Source: a virus (lineage: Duplodnaviria > Caudoviricetes). From it: 24,362 bases of DNA. Under the pieces are notes generated by a model, which worked only from the letters and a program-made list of their open reading frames with translations, did not search any database and was not told the DNA's origin. A program made the position numbers and the translations under genes. The DNA is taken from positions 1 to 24,362 of the IMG/VR virus record IMGVR_UViG_3300042431_000404. One strand, written 5' to 3'. Within the stretch, counting starts at the first letter, position 1. The number at the start of each line of letters is the position of its first letter. Positions 15,601 to 23,822 of the stretch are shown here, piece by piece.

Positions 15601-16016
15601 AATATTTCTTCTTCAGGAAACCATCCTGCATCTTTCATTTGTTCATAAGTAAATACCGTTACATCTGAAGGCACGATATACTGAAACGGAAAGCTTTGCT
15701 GTGATTCAATAAACGCTGCCAGTCCATCCTTTTCCGCTTGTGATAACTCAGGAAACAAAGCAATAAGATTAGTCAGATTGTTTTCCGGATGCACGATTAT
15801 GTTATAATCTAATTCCACATCCAAAGCCGTATCAACAACCTCTGTATAAGCAGGGTCTTGCGTTGGATGCTTCACCCATCCAAACATATAAGTCGTTACA
15901 TCATTCGGGTTACGGATTGCAGGTGGTCTGCTAATTGCCCATAGTTCGTAACTAATAGCCTCCGCTCTTTGTTCGCTCGTTAAGTTAAGTTGTGGTGTGA
16001 CTTTAATATATGGCAT
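15597..16016 (-). CDS. Hypothetical protein, possibly fibre-associated
   Basis: ORF directly after the lectin-like gene; start MPYIK at 16016 preferred. Confidence 0.65.
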   Translation of the reverse strand: MPYIKVTPQLNLTSEQRAEAISYELWAISRPPAIRNPNDVTTYMFGWVKHPTQDPAYTEVVDTALDVELDYNIIVHPENNLTNLIALFPELSQAEKDGLAAFIESQQSFPFQYIVPSDVTVFTYEQMKDAGWFPEEEIL

Positions 16017-16018
16017 AA

Positions 16019-17038
16019 TTACCAAATTGAATAATAATTATTAATATTTGTTTGTATACCACTTCTACTATTTGTTAAAGAAGTATAAATAATAAATTCG
16101 CTATATCTTAATTCTACAGCATTTGTATTACCTTGTACGCTCTTGATCCAAAAGTTTGTGCTTGTTGTGCCTGTATTTGAAGGAGCTGTATTAGCACCAG
16201 TACTTACGTTGACATTTATATTAAAACTTCTATTCGTAATGTCATTATTCAAATACCATAATGTGCCAGATTCTCCTAAGGGTGGTACTCTATTTATAGT
16301 TTCATGCAATACCATTGTATTTGCTGCTCTTGTATAATTTGATTGGCCTAACCTGCCTCCATTTATTAGTGCATTTGAAAAATACATACCAAATTTTTCA
16401 CCAGATAATGTAGCTGTTGCCGCACCCCATGATATCCCTCTACTACCTGCTGTACTATTACTACCGCCGCCATCATAACCCCATAATATCTCAGTACTCA
16501 CATCAGCAGCAGCAGCAAGAGTTGGTGTTACTACATTAAATGTTCTCAATGTATCTATTAAATGAAAATTTGTATATGTAACTCTCATTAAATGACTTAT
16601 AAATCTAATTGATGGTTTTCCGTTCGCTCTTTCAACCGTTCCAGCATTAACTATTCTCGGCTGATTAGCCGCCGTTGTTTGCGTTGCGTTTTTAGTTCCA
16701 AATATGCCAGCACTATCCGCTTGATTATACCAGACCGTCACAAAACCACTATTGCCAGTACCTACGAACGTCTTGAGTGAAGCTGTATCTAATTCAGTAC
16801 CTATAAATCCAAAATCCTGCTCTGCATTGTCATTCGACCTCCTTACCCTTATTGCGCTTCCTGTATAATCCTTATCTAACTTTCTTAAAGAATAAGCAGC
16901 CGCCGCATTAGGATAGTCATCTAATAAAAGATTAGCAGCCGCCACCGCATAAGGTCTATAGTTAGCGTGCGCCTTAATAATCATTTGCGCATCTGCACCT
17001 AAGCTCCAAAAAAGTAATATTACAAAAGTAAATCTCAT
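16019..17038 (-). CDS. Concanavalin-A/LamG-like fibre or receptor-binding protein with N-terminal signal peptide
   Basis: AAAAYSLRKL...AIRVRRS.DNAE.D.GF...WY.Q...QP.I and C-terminal SEFIIY pattern of phage lectin-like domains; N-terminus MRFTFVILLFWSLGADA-Q. Confidence 0.7.
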   Translation of the reverse strand: MRFTFVILLFWSLGADAQMIIKAHANYRPYAVAAANLLLDDYPNAAAAYSLRKLDKDYTGSAIRVRRSNDNAEQDFGFIGTELDTASLKTFVGTGNSGFVTVWYNQADSAGIFGTKNATQTTAANQPRIVNAGTVERANGKPSIRFISHLMRVTYTNFHLIDTLRTFNVVTPTLAAAADVSTEILWGYDGGGSNSTAGSRGISWGAATATLSGEKFGMYFSNALINGGRLGQSNYTRAANTMVLHETINRVPPLGESGTLWYLNNDITNRSFNINVNVSTGANTAPSNTGTTSTNFWIKSVQGNTNAVELRYSEFIIYTSLTNSRSGIQTNINNYYSIW

Positions 17039-18546
17039 ATTCTCTTTTTATACCCTAACAATGTCAAAGTAAAATAAGTCGGCTTTGTTGCCACCGCTGA
17101 TGTCCTAACAAATACCCATACATTTGGCGGTATCTTATTATTGGTGAATGATGTAACATTTGTCGCACCTATCGTACCCGTTACCGATGTACCGCCACTC
17201 ACCAAAATAGTTGCACCTGCCGTAATATTTAAGCTATCGTTCCAATAAACCTCAGTAGTAATACTTGGCGAAGTACCTAACACCCCTGCCCTCATTTGTG
17301 TAATTATTAAAGTATCGCTTCCTGCATTGTAAAAGCTACCATAAAGCGCGGATGTGCTGAATGCCAACGTATCACCTGCCGCACCGCTACCCGCACCAAA
17401 GACCGCCAAAGGAACGGTGTCAAATTGCAGGATACTTTCAACGGTCTTATTCTCCCAAATATCAGTTGCAGCCGTATAAGCCAAAACTTGATTATTTGTT
17501 GGTGAAGTTATTTTTGTGTCATGTAGCTCCCCTAATTCCTGACCGTTTTGTGGCTTAACATAAATTAAGCCGTTCCCTGCATTTGCACGCTCTACAACGC
17601 CAACAAAAACACCATGATAAGGCGCTTGGGGCTTATTCTTTGTAAACCCACCCGCAACACTATCCAACCATAAAATGTCACCCGGACTATATGCACTTAA
17701 ATTAATTCCGCTCACCTGACCTTGTGTTGTAATCCATCCAGCCTGTCCAGCCGCAATATTCGCCCTTACAATACCCAAAGTTTTAGAGCTGAATGTGTCG
17801 CTTGTATTCTTTGCAAGTTTTACCGATGCCCTGTCGCCCTGCGCTCCGAAAATATACACCACTTGACCTTTTGTAATCGTAACCGCTTCAGCGTTGGTAA
17901 CATAGGCTTTTACTACCGTTGCTGTGTCGGTGTTGCCGATATCTACAACACCATTTGAAGCCGTATTGTAAGTAGTGCCATTTATTGCCACACGTTGCGT
18001 TAATACTCCAGATGAGTCGGGAAGTGTATTTGTAAAATCAAAAGGTGATGTTGTTTTTGTAATTGTAGTTGAATTATTTGTAGTTGTATTTGTTATAAAT
18101 ATATTTCCTGTTTTAACAGACGCGTAATTTCCGCCTCTTTGCTTTAATGTTATTCGTCCACTGCCTGCTCCATCTTCTTCAATACTAAAATCAGTTGTAA
18201 TACCATCCACAATAAAACCTCTTGAAATTATACTATCTGTTGTTGTATTCCCCGCTGTCGTAACTTGCTGCAAGGTAGGAACAGCCGCACCGTCACCTAC
18301 CTTTCGCCATTGCGTACCAGTCCACGAATACAAAGAAGAGTCCGAAGACTTATAATAAATTGCACCAGGACGGCGGCCGATGGAAGCAGCTATTTGCGGA
18401 ATGAGTAAAGTAGAGTCAAAAGCACCGCCGCGCCATTTATAATAATTATTAAAGTTAGTGTATAAAACACCGTCCACCGTTTGCCCTTTTGAGCTTGCCG
18501 CCAAAAGAATCAAACTACATAAGAATCCGAATATTTTCGCCTTCAT
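17035..18546 (-). CDS. Fibre-like structural protein with N-terminal signal peptide
   Basis: Thr/Gly/Ser-rich, with TLQQVTTAGNTTT, an ITKGQVVYI...GDILWL beta domain and an LHDTKITSPTNNQVLAY...WEN fibre repeat; N-terminus MKAKIFGFLCSLILLAASSKG-Q. Confidence 0.7.
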   Translation of the reverse strand: MKAKIFGFLCSLILLAASSKGQTVDGVLYTNFNNYYKWRGGAFDSTLLIPQIAASIGRRPGAIYYKSSDSSLYSWTGTQWRKVGDGAAVPTLQQVTTAGNTTTDSIISRGFIVDGITTDFSIEEDGAGSGRITLKQRGGNYASVKTGNIFITNTTTNNSTTITKTTSPFDFTNTLPDSSGVLTQRVAINGTTYNTASNGVVDIGNTDTATVVKAYVTNAEAVTITKGQVVYIFGAQGDRASVKLAKNTSDTFSSKTLGIVRANIAAGQAGWITTQGQVSGINLSAYSPGDILWLDSVAGGFTKNKPQAPYHGVFVGVVERANAGNGLIYVKPQNGQELGELHDTKITSPTNNQVLAYTAATDIWENKTVESILQFDTVPLAVFGAGSGAAGDTLAFSTSALYGSFYNAGSDTLIITQMRAGVLGTSPSITTEVYWNDSLNITAGATILVSGGTSVTGTIGATNVTSFTNNKIPPNVWVFVRTSAVATKPTYFTLTLLGYKKRI

Positions 18547-19228
18547 TTACACCTCCGTTTATTGTTATTGTTTGTGTTGTTGCATTGTGTGAAATATACC
18601 TTCGATCAGACCGCACTACATAAGTCTGCAAAATACCATCGATAAAAACGAAAGGTGCAGTTGTCATCTGATTATTCTGATATTGAGTACTGCCCTGCAC
18701 CATCGGCTGACCGCTACCTACTATGAAATCTGCAACTGTCATAAATCTATTTGTATTTATATATACGAAATTTCCGTTTGGTAGCTCGTAATCTGTAGGA
18801 ACCTGGCAGTTGTTGTAAAGCATCGGCAATTTTAAACTAACCTCAAATGTTACACCTGCCAAAATATCTTCCTGCCCTTGTCTAAAATATTCAAAGTTTG
18901 TTGACCTTTCCATTTTCCACTCATGCAGATCCCAACTAATCTGTGACAAAAGATCATGCCCGATTAACTCGCAATCTGACTGCATCTCAAGTTCATCCAT
19001 ATTTTCAACGTGGTGAATGTCGGCAACGGTAACAACGATGCGATAAGTCTTTTCCTTACCAACTATAGCGCTAGTATTTAAAGTATACCACACAGCCGGA
19101 TATTCTTGATCTTTATAATCAAACAAAACAAAGTCTTCAGCTTTTACGTGCTTTGCCGTCCTTACTTGTTTGTGTGCGGCTGCTATCTCTAGGAGCTTTT
19201 TGATTATTTGGTTTAACGTTAGACTCAT
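18515..19228 (-). CDS. Putative head-tail/tail completion protein with C-terminal beta-sandwich extension
   Basis: Position after the adaptor; YPAVWY...Y.IVVTVAD terminator-like pattern; C-terminal VFIDGILQ...ITI module. Confidence 0.5.
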   Translation of the reverse strand: MSLTLNQIIKKLLEIAAAHKQVRTAKHVKAEDFVLFDYKDQEYPAVWYTLNTSAIVGKEKTYRIVVTVADIHHVENMDELEMQSDCELIGHDLLSQISWDLHEWKMERSTNFEYFRQGQEDILAGVTFEVSLKLPMLYNNCQVPTDYELPNGNFVYINTNRFMTVADFIVGSGQPMVQGSTQYQNNQMTTAPFVFIDGILQTYVVRSDRRYISHNATTQTITINGGVNEGENIRILM

Positions 19229-19280
19229 GCTTTTTTAAATAGGCTTTGAGAAGCTTTTGAATTTTATTTGTATAACTCAT
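19137..19280 (-). CDS. Small basic protein (47 aa) overlapping next gene
   Basis: MSYTNKIQKLLKAYLKKHESNVKP...; ATGA-coupled to the adaptor stop, and overlaps the downstream gene by 92 nt. Confidence 0.4.
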   Translation of the reverse strand: MSYTNKIQKLLKAYLKKHESNVKPNNQKAPRDSSRTQTSKDGKARKS

Positions 19281-19861
19281 CGGCAACAGGATAAAAACTC
19301 ATATTTGTACCATTTAGGCATTTCTTTTTTACTCACATCTGTATTCCCCAAATAAATACCTATTTCGAATGATGTACGTTTTGGTACGAAAGTGTCAACG
19401 CGGCTGCCCGGGTTGATGTATTCTTGAAATTTTGAGCCGCTGCCTGCCTCCTCAATAAGATACCTTATCAGCCTTTCCAAATACCATTCGGCTCTATTTT
19501 TAAACTTAGCAGTAAAATCATCTATTTCAGAACTGCTAACCGCTTCGCTGTTCTCAGTCGTTTTGCGTGTTAGTCCCTTATTCCATAGTTGAAAAGACAA
19601 AGCAGGCGCAAGCTCCGAAATAGTGTAGTGAATCAAAGTATCTCTAATGTAGCTTTTAATTAGCGTCTCTTCGTCCGCTGTTAGATTGCTATTGTCAATT
19701 CCATCCTGAAGCCTTTCGTAAAGAGCCGTTCCCAAAACAGGCAAAATATACATTTCCTGCGCTGCCTTAATTTCAGGAACGATCATTTTGCTATCTATAT
19801 TTTTATGAACAGCGCTGCGCTCATAAATATTTTCAGGACTGATAAAAAGTATATCTCTCAT
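19277..19861 (-). CDS. Putative head-tail adaptor/connector protein
   Basis: Helical 194-aa protein immediately downstream of the portal; AQE.YI.PVLG.ALY pattern. Confidence 0.55.
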   Translation of the reverse strand: MRDILFISPENIYERSAVHKNIDSKMIVPEIKAAQEMYILPVLGTALYERLQDGIDNSNLTADEETLIKSYIRDTLIHYTISELAPALSFQLWNKGLTRKTTENSEAVSSSEIDDFTAKFKNRAEWYLERLIRYLIEEAGSGSKFQEYINPGSRVDTFVPKRTSFEIGIYLGNTDVSKKEMPKWYKYEFLSCCR

Positions 19862-19865
19862 ATTG

Positions 19866-21818
19866 TTATCTTTTTTCCATTACAACTACTCTTCTCCATT
19901 CGTGCCGGCATTGTTTAGAATTGCCCCACCAACCGCCGCCACGATCCCAAACCGAATACCCTAATCTGCGGCTCCACGTTTCAATGTCTGCCCGGCTCCA
20001 AAGCTTATTCATGTCCTGTAGCCTTGCGCAAAACCCCCTGCGTTTTGGTTTGTCATCCTCACCAAAACCAAACCCTGACCTCCACTCATAGGAATACATT
20101 ATTTTGAAACCTAATGTTTCTGGCTTCAGTTCGCTTTGCTTTGATAAAGGCTCTGAAAGTTTGCGTTCTATTATTTCATCCTGACCGACCTTTGTAACTT
20201 TTGCAGATATTCGCCCTTCACTTTCAAGTCTTTTAAGAATCTCTTTCACGCTATCCACTTCAAGCTCTAATGTTTCAGCAATAACTTCAGGTGTAATTCT
20301 TTTATCCTTTCTAATTAGATCCAAAACGTTTGTCTCGATTTGCGTAACATCCGCAAAGCTTTCATGTTTTGCAAAGTTAAAACGTGAACTTTTAACTATC
20401 AAAAAGTCATGCTTTGAAACCCCACATTCCGACAAAGCATTTAACCAAAGTTCATCCTTTTCCTGTGAGCTAAACTCCATCGGTTGATTGTCAATCGCAA
20501 GCATTGTGTTCACCTCTTCATCATTCAACCCTAGACTGCTCTTCAATAATAGCTTTGCCTGTTCTTGACTGATCTCTCCTTTCTCAAATTTGCGGATAAT
20601 ACGTGTTAAGCTTTGCCATTGACGTCCGCTTAAGTTCTTTAAATTCTCATTAACAGGTGCGGATGCGGAAGGCACATTTTCAGAAATAGCCACCTCAGGA
20701 TATTGATTCGGATCTATCCCGATCTTCTCAAGTAACCACTTTTTCGGAGCAATCTGTAATAAGGTAGCCTCACTAAATTCAAACCCTATCGGCTCAACAG
20801 GAACGATCTTTGCCTCGACACCTGTGATCTCTTTAAATAGCAATTCTAAGGCTTGCTGCTTGTCGTTTGCATACGTTGCCTTGAATATCTCATAAGCCTC
20901 CCTGATCTCACTACGCCCGCCCAATTGCCCTTCAACACGTACACCAAACAGCATCGGACTGACAACCTGATGCCCTGAAAATAATTCCTGTTGAATACTC
21001 TTTGCAAGTATGTCGAAATGTTTGTCGAGATCGGTGCTGCTCAAATCGTCCATTTGAGGACGCTTATTCGGATCTTTTCCGAAATTCAGCACAATATTTC
21101 CCGCGTTTTCACTACCGGTGAACTTGTTCTTAAATCCTTTCTCTATTTCACGTTTCTCTTCTTCAGTAGGGATGCCCTCAAAAAAGCTGATCATCTTTGA
21201 AGCAAACATCCCATTCGTAATTGTTGACAAATGGTACTTGCTTATTTCTATATCTGTCTGAATGGCATTCAAAGCACCCATGTAGCCAGGGTAGGAATAA
21301 GTCTCAACACCTGGCCTGTATTCTTTGTAATAAAGAATCTGAGTTTGATTCTTAAGCATTGAAACATCCTCATTCGGATTATACGCTGCAAATACCTTCG
21401 GCTCATCATTCTTTTTGTAGCTCTCCCAGTCCTTAACGAAAAATTGAGTATTATCTTTACTCGATCTTACTTTGTGATAAGGGACATGGTAATAAGCACC
21501 TATCTTTCCAAGTTCATTATATTGCACCTCAATATAACACCCACCAAAAACCTCAATATCTAAGCTGAGTTTTTTCAGTATCTCATTTGAATTCTCATAA
21601 GCATTCGCCTGTGTAACGTTGTCAAAACCTTTACCGATGATGTAATTTACTTTCCCCAAAACAATACCGTTATGTTTGCTGCTTTTGTTAAACATATTCA
21701 AAAGCATATTCGGGAACTTATTATCTTCTCCAAATAATACCCACCCCTTATTGGGCAGCTCCTTCATTACAGGAACTTTTACATCGGCAAACTTTATGAA
21801 ACTGATTCTACTCTGCAT
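19866..21818 (-). CDS. Portal protein with C-terminal wHTH and MuF-like Cys/His modules
   Basis: Portal motifs (FGGCYIEV, YPGYMGAL, NGMFAS, FTGSENAG, HQVVSPMLFG) in the first ~370 aa, followed by a long extension. Confidence 0.85.
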   Translation of the reverse strand: MQSRISFIKFADVKVPVMKELPNKGWVLFGEDNKFPNMLLNMFNKSSKHNGIVLGKVNYIIGKGFDNVTQANAYENSNEILKKLSLDIEVFGGCYIEVQYNELGKIGAYYHVPYHKVRSSKDNTQFFVKDWESYKKNDEPKVFAAYNPNEDVSMLKNQTQILYYKEYRPGVETYSYPGYMGALNAIQTDIEISKYHLSTITNGMFASKMISFFEGIPTEEEKREIEKGFKNKFTGSENAGNIVLNFGKDPNKRPQMDDLSSTDLDKHFDILAKSIQQELFSGHQVVSPMLFGVRVEGQLGGRSEIREAYEIFKATYANDKQQALELLFKEITGVEAKIVPVEPIGFEFSEATLLQIAPKKWLLEKIGIDPNQYPEVAISENVPSASAPVNENLKNLSGRQWQSLTRIIRKFEKGEISQEQAKLLLKSSLGLNDEEVNTMLAIDNQPMEFSSQEKDELWLNALSECGVSKHDFLIVKSSRFNFAKHESFADVTQIETNVLDLIRKDKRITPEVIAETLELEVDSVKEILKRLESEGRISAKVTKVGQDEIIERKLSEPLSKQSELKPETLGFKIMYSYEWRSGFGFGEDDKPKRRGFCARLQDMNKLWSRADIETWSRRLGYSVWDRGGGWWGNSKQCRHEWRRVVVMEKR

Positions 21819-22194
21819 CGTATATTTTGTAAGTTGTTGGATTATCGTATTTCGTTGTCGCTACATCTTGGCCGTCTGAAAGAAACATTAAACCAGTCTC
21901 CACAATAGCACCTGCATTTGCTTCATTCGTATTTGAAGGACTGGCCTGTTCGTAAGCTGTATATTTAAACCACCCCTCCTCCTTACTTGCAAAGTAGGTA
22001 TTCACTACAAAGGTAAACTGATTGTATCTATCTTTAAAAAGGCTTTGATCGGCACTATTTACCAAAACGAATTTCACCTTTTCGTTTGTGGATCGCGATT
22101 CAAAAACAAAAAGAAAGTTAGCATCCGTTATGGTTTGCTTCTCCGATAAAGTTACGTAAATCGTAGCAGTAGTTCCTTTTGTTAATTTGATCAT
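21808..22194 (-). CDS. Hypothetical beta-rich virion protein
   Basis: Start MIKLTKG at 22194; RYNQF...G.F.YT.YEQ...VETGLM pattern; lies in the structural operon. Confidence 0.7.
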   Translation of the reverse strand: MIKLTKGTTATIYVTLSEKQTITDANFLFVFESRSTNEKVKFVLVNSADQSLFKDRYNQFTFVVNTYFASKEEGWFKYTAYEQASPSNTNEANAGAIVETGLMFLSDGQDVATTKYDNPTTYKIYDAE

Positions 22195-22216
22195 CTTTGT
22201 ATAAATACGTAGAAAC

Positions 22217-22246
22217 AAAAAACGCCCGCCTATTTGCAGGCAGGCG
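22217..22246 (-). terminator. Rho-independent terminator
   Basis: Minus strand CGCCTGCCT-GCAAAT-AGGCGGGCG-TTTTTT after the tail-tube-like gene. Confidence 0.8.
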
Positions 22247-22269
22247 CTTTGCTTATTTTACATCACTTA

Positions 22270-22788
22270 TTAACCAGCAGTTTCGAGGGCAGCCGCAACA
22301 GAGCTGTTTACTTCATAAAGAAAATCAGGTTCTTTACCCATAAAGTTAAGAGTATATCCTGAACGATCTCCGAATGCTGTTCCGCTTCCGCTTTCAGATG
22401 CGCCCATGTCCAAACCTCTTTCCTTTCCGAGCATCCAATATTTATTGTTGTTATCCTTTACAACAGCGATCAAAATATTCTGAGCCAACAATTTAAGTTC
22501 AGTATTGATAGCAGCTGAAAGTTTATTTACAACAATAGTCAGGTTTTGCTCAAAGAACAAAGTTCCGTTTTCAGTTGAAACCTGTGGATTGTGTGTAAAG
22601 TTTCCTGTTTCTTTCGGAAGTTCATATTTCCAAAAACGCTTTCCGCTTGCTTTTGTCAATCCGGTAACTACACCAGATGAAGTTGCAACGCTTGACACGT
22701 TTGCTTTTTCTATAAAGAAAACTTCGGTAATACCACCGGCTGAATCTTTACAATCTAAACTATATCCTTGTGTTAATGCGCAGGGCAT
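22270..22788 (-). CDS. Putative major tail (tube) protein
   Basis: 172-aa beta-rich protein right after the capsid gene, with its own terminator; ENGTLFFEQNL and GYTLNF patterns. Confidence 0.55.
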   Translation of the reverse strand: MPCALTQGYSLDCKDSAGGITEVFFIEKANVSSVATSSGVVTGLTKASGKRFWKYELPKETGNFTHNPQVSTENGTLFFEQNLTIVVNKLSAAINTELKLLAQNILIAVVKDNNNKYWMLGKERGLDMGASESGSGTAFGDRSGYTLNFMGKEPDFLYEVNSSVAAALETAG

Positions 22789-22800
22789 AATATATGGTTT

Positions 22801-22828
22801 AAAAAGGGAGGAGTTTTTCCCCTCCCTT
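22801..22828 (-). terminator. Terminator-like hairpin after major capsid gene
   Basis: Minus strand AAGGGAGGGG-AAAAA-CTCCTCCCTT-TTT. Confidence 0.7.
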
Positions 22829-22841
22829 AGTGATTAATTAA

Positions 22842-23816
22842 TTAGGCTTCGAAACGTACAACTTCATCAGGGAAAGCCAGCTGCACACCGATTTTCAGAG
22901 AAGTGCTGTACTTTACATTGCGATCATCCTGAGAGTACCACATTTCAAAACGGCTCTCTTCACCTTCGATATCTGTTCCTAAGAATACGTTTGACATTCT
23001 CATTGCATAGATGTCATTAGTACCATTCAGACCATGAACAGGAACTACTTTGTAAGAAGTACCAGGAACCAAGAACTCAGAATCAGCAGCGTTATTTGTA
23101 GAACCTGGGTTGTAGTGAAACAAATTCAGATCAACGTACTTCTGGATAAGAAGAGTGTAAACATCCCATCCGCAGAAAATGCGAACATCAGCCTTACCTT
23201 TTACAGCAGCAGGAAGAGCATTGATAACCGCAAGAACAGCTTTTTGTGCTTTTTCCATTGTATCAATACCTGTGATCGGAGCGCCTGTTCCATAGAATCC
23301 TGTAACGTTTGCATTTACAGATGTGCCAGCATCAGCGATGTGTTGGCGAATACCTTTGAACTTATTTAAAAGACCGTTTGTACCACCATAACCGCTACCT
23401 GTAGCAGTCCATATTGCAGTCTCTAAAGCTTCGGCAATCTTACCAGCTTTGCGACCTGTATATTCAGCAGCGAAAGCGATTGAATCGTAATTGCTACCTG
23501 CAGGCAAAGCCTTCTGGAGATAAACAGTTTCAAGATCTTTCGGACATAAAGTTTCCTGAACTTTGATTTTTCCTACAGTCAAAGTACGCTGAGTGAACTC
23601 AGTTGTACCACTTGAAAGGAATCCGCAAGAACTATCATCCTGGAAGAAAACATCCGTATCCATACGGTTAACGGTTTGACTAGATTTTACACCTGTCAAT
23701 ACGTTACCTTCGGAAAGGATCAGCTGTTGAGTACGAGCCTCAAACAGCGAAGCAGTAACGAGCTGTTGCTCATTTTGTTCTGTGTAAGCCGTAAGGCCTG
23801 TAACTAAAAAAGCCAT
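22842..23816 (-). CDS. Major capsid protein (HK97-like, inferred)
   Basis: 324 aa, follows the scaffold-like gene and precedes a hairpin; AEALETAIW.. spine-helix-like segment and terminal KIGVQ strand. Confidence 0.8.
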   Translation of the reverse strand: MAFLVTGLTAYTEQNEQQLVTASLFEARTQQLILSEGNVLTGVKSSQTVNRMDTDVFFQDDSSCGFLSSGTTEFTQRTLTVGKIKVQETLCPKDLETVYLQKALPAGSNYDSIAFAAEYTGRKAGKIAEALETAIWTATGSGYGGTNGLLNKFKGIRQHIADAGTSVNANVTGFYGTGAPITGIDTMEKAQKAVLAVINALPAAVKGKADVRIFCGWDVYTLLIQKYVDLNLFHYNPGSTNNAADSEFLVPGTSYKVVPVHGLNGTNDIYAMRMSNVFLGTDIEGEESRFEMWYSQDDRNVKYSTSLKIGVQLAFPDEVVRFEA

Positions 23817-23822
23817 TTGATT

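Noticed and set aside
16019-18546. Diversity-generating retroelement targeting the fibre genes
   Set aside because: No reverse transcriptase and no template/variable repeat pair were seen in the window.
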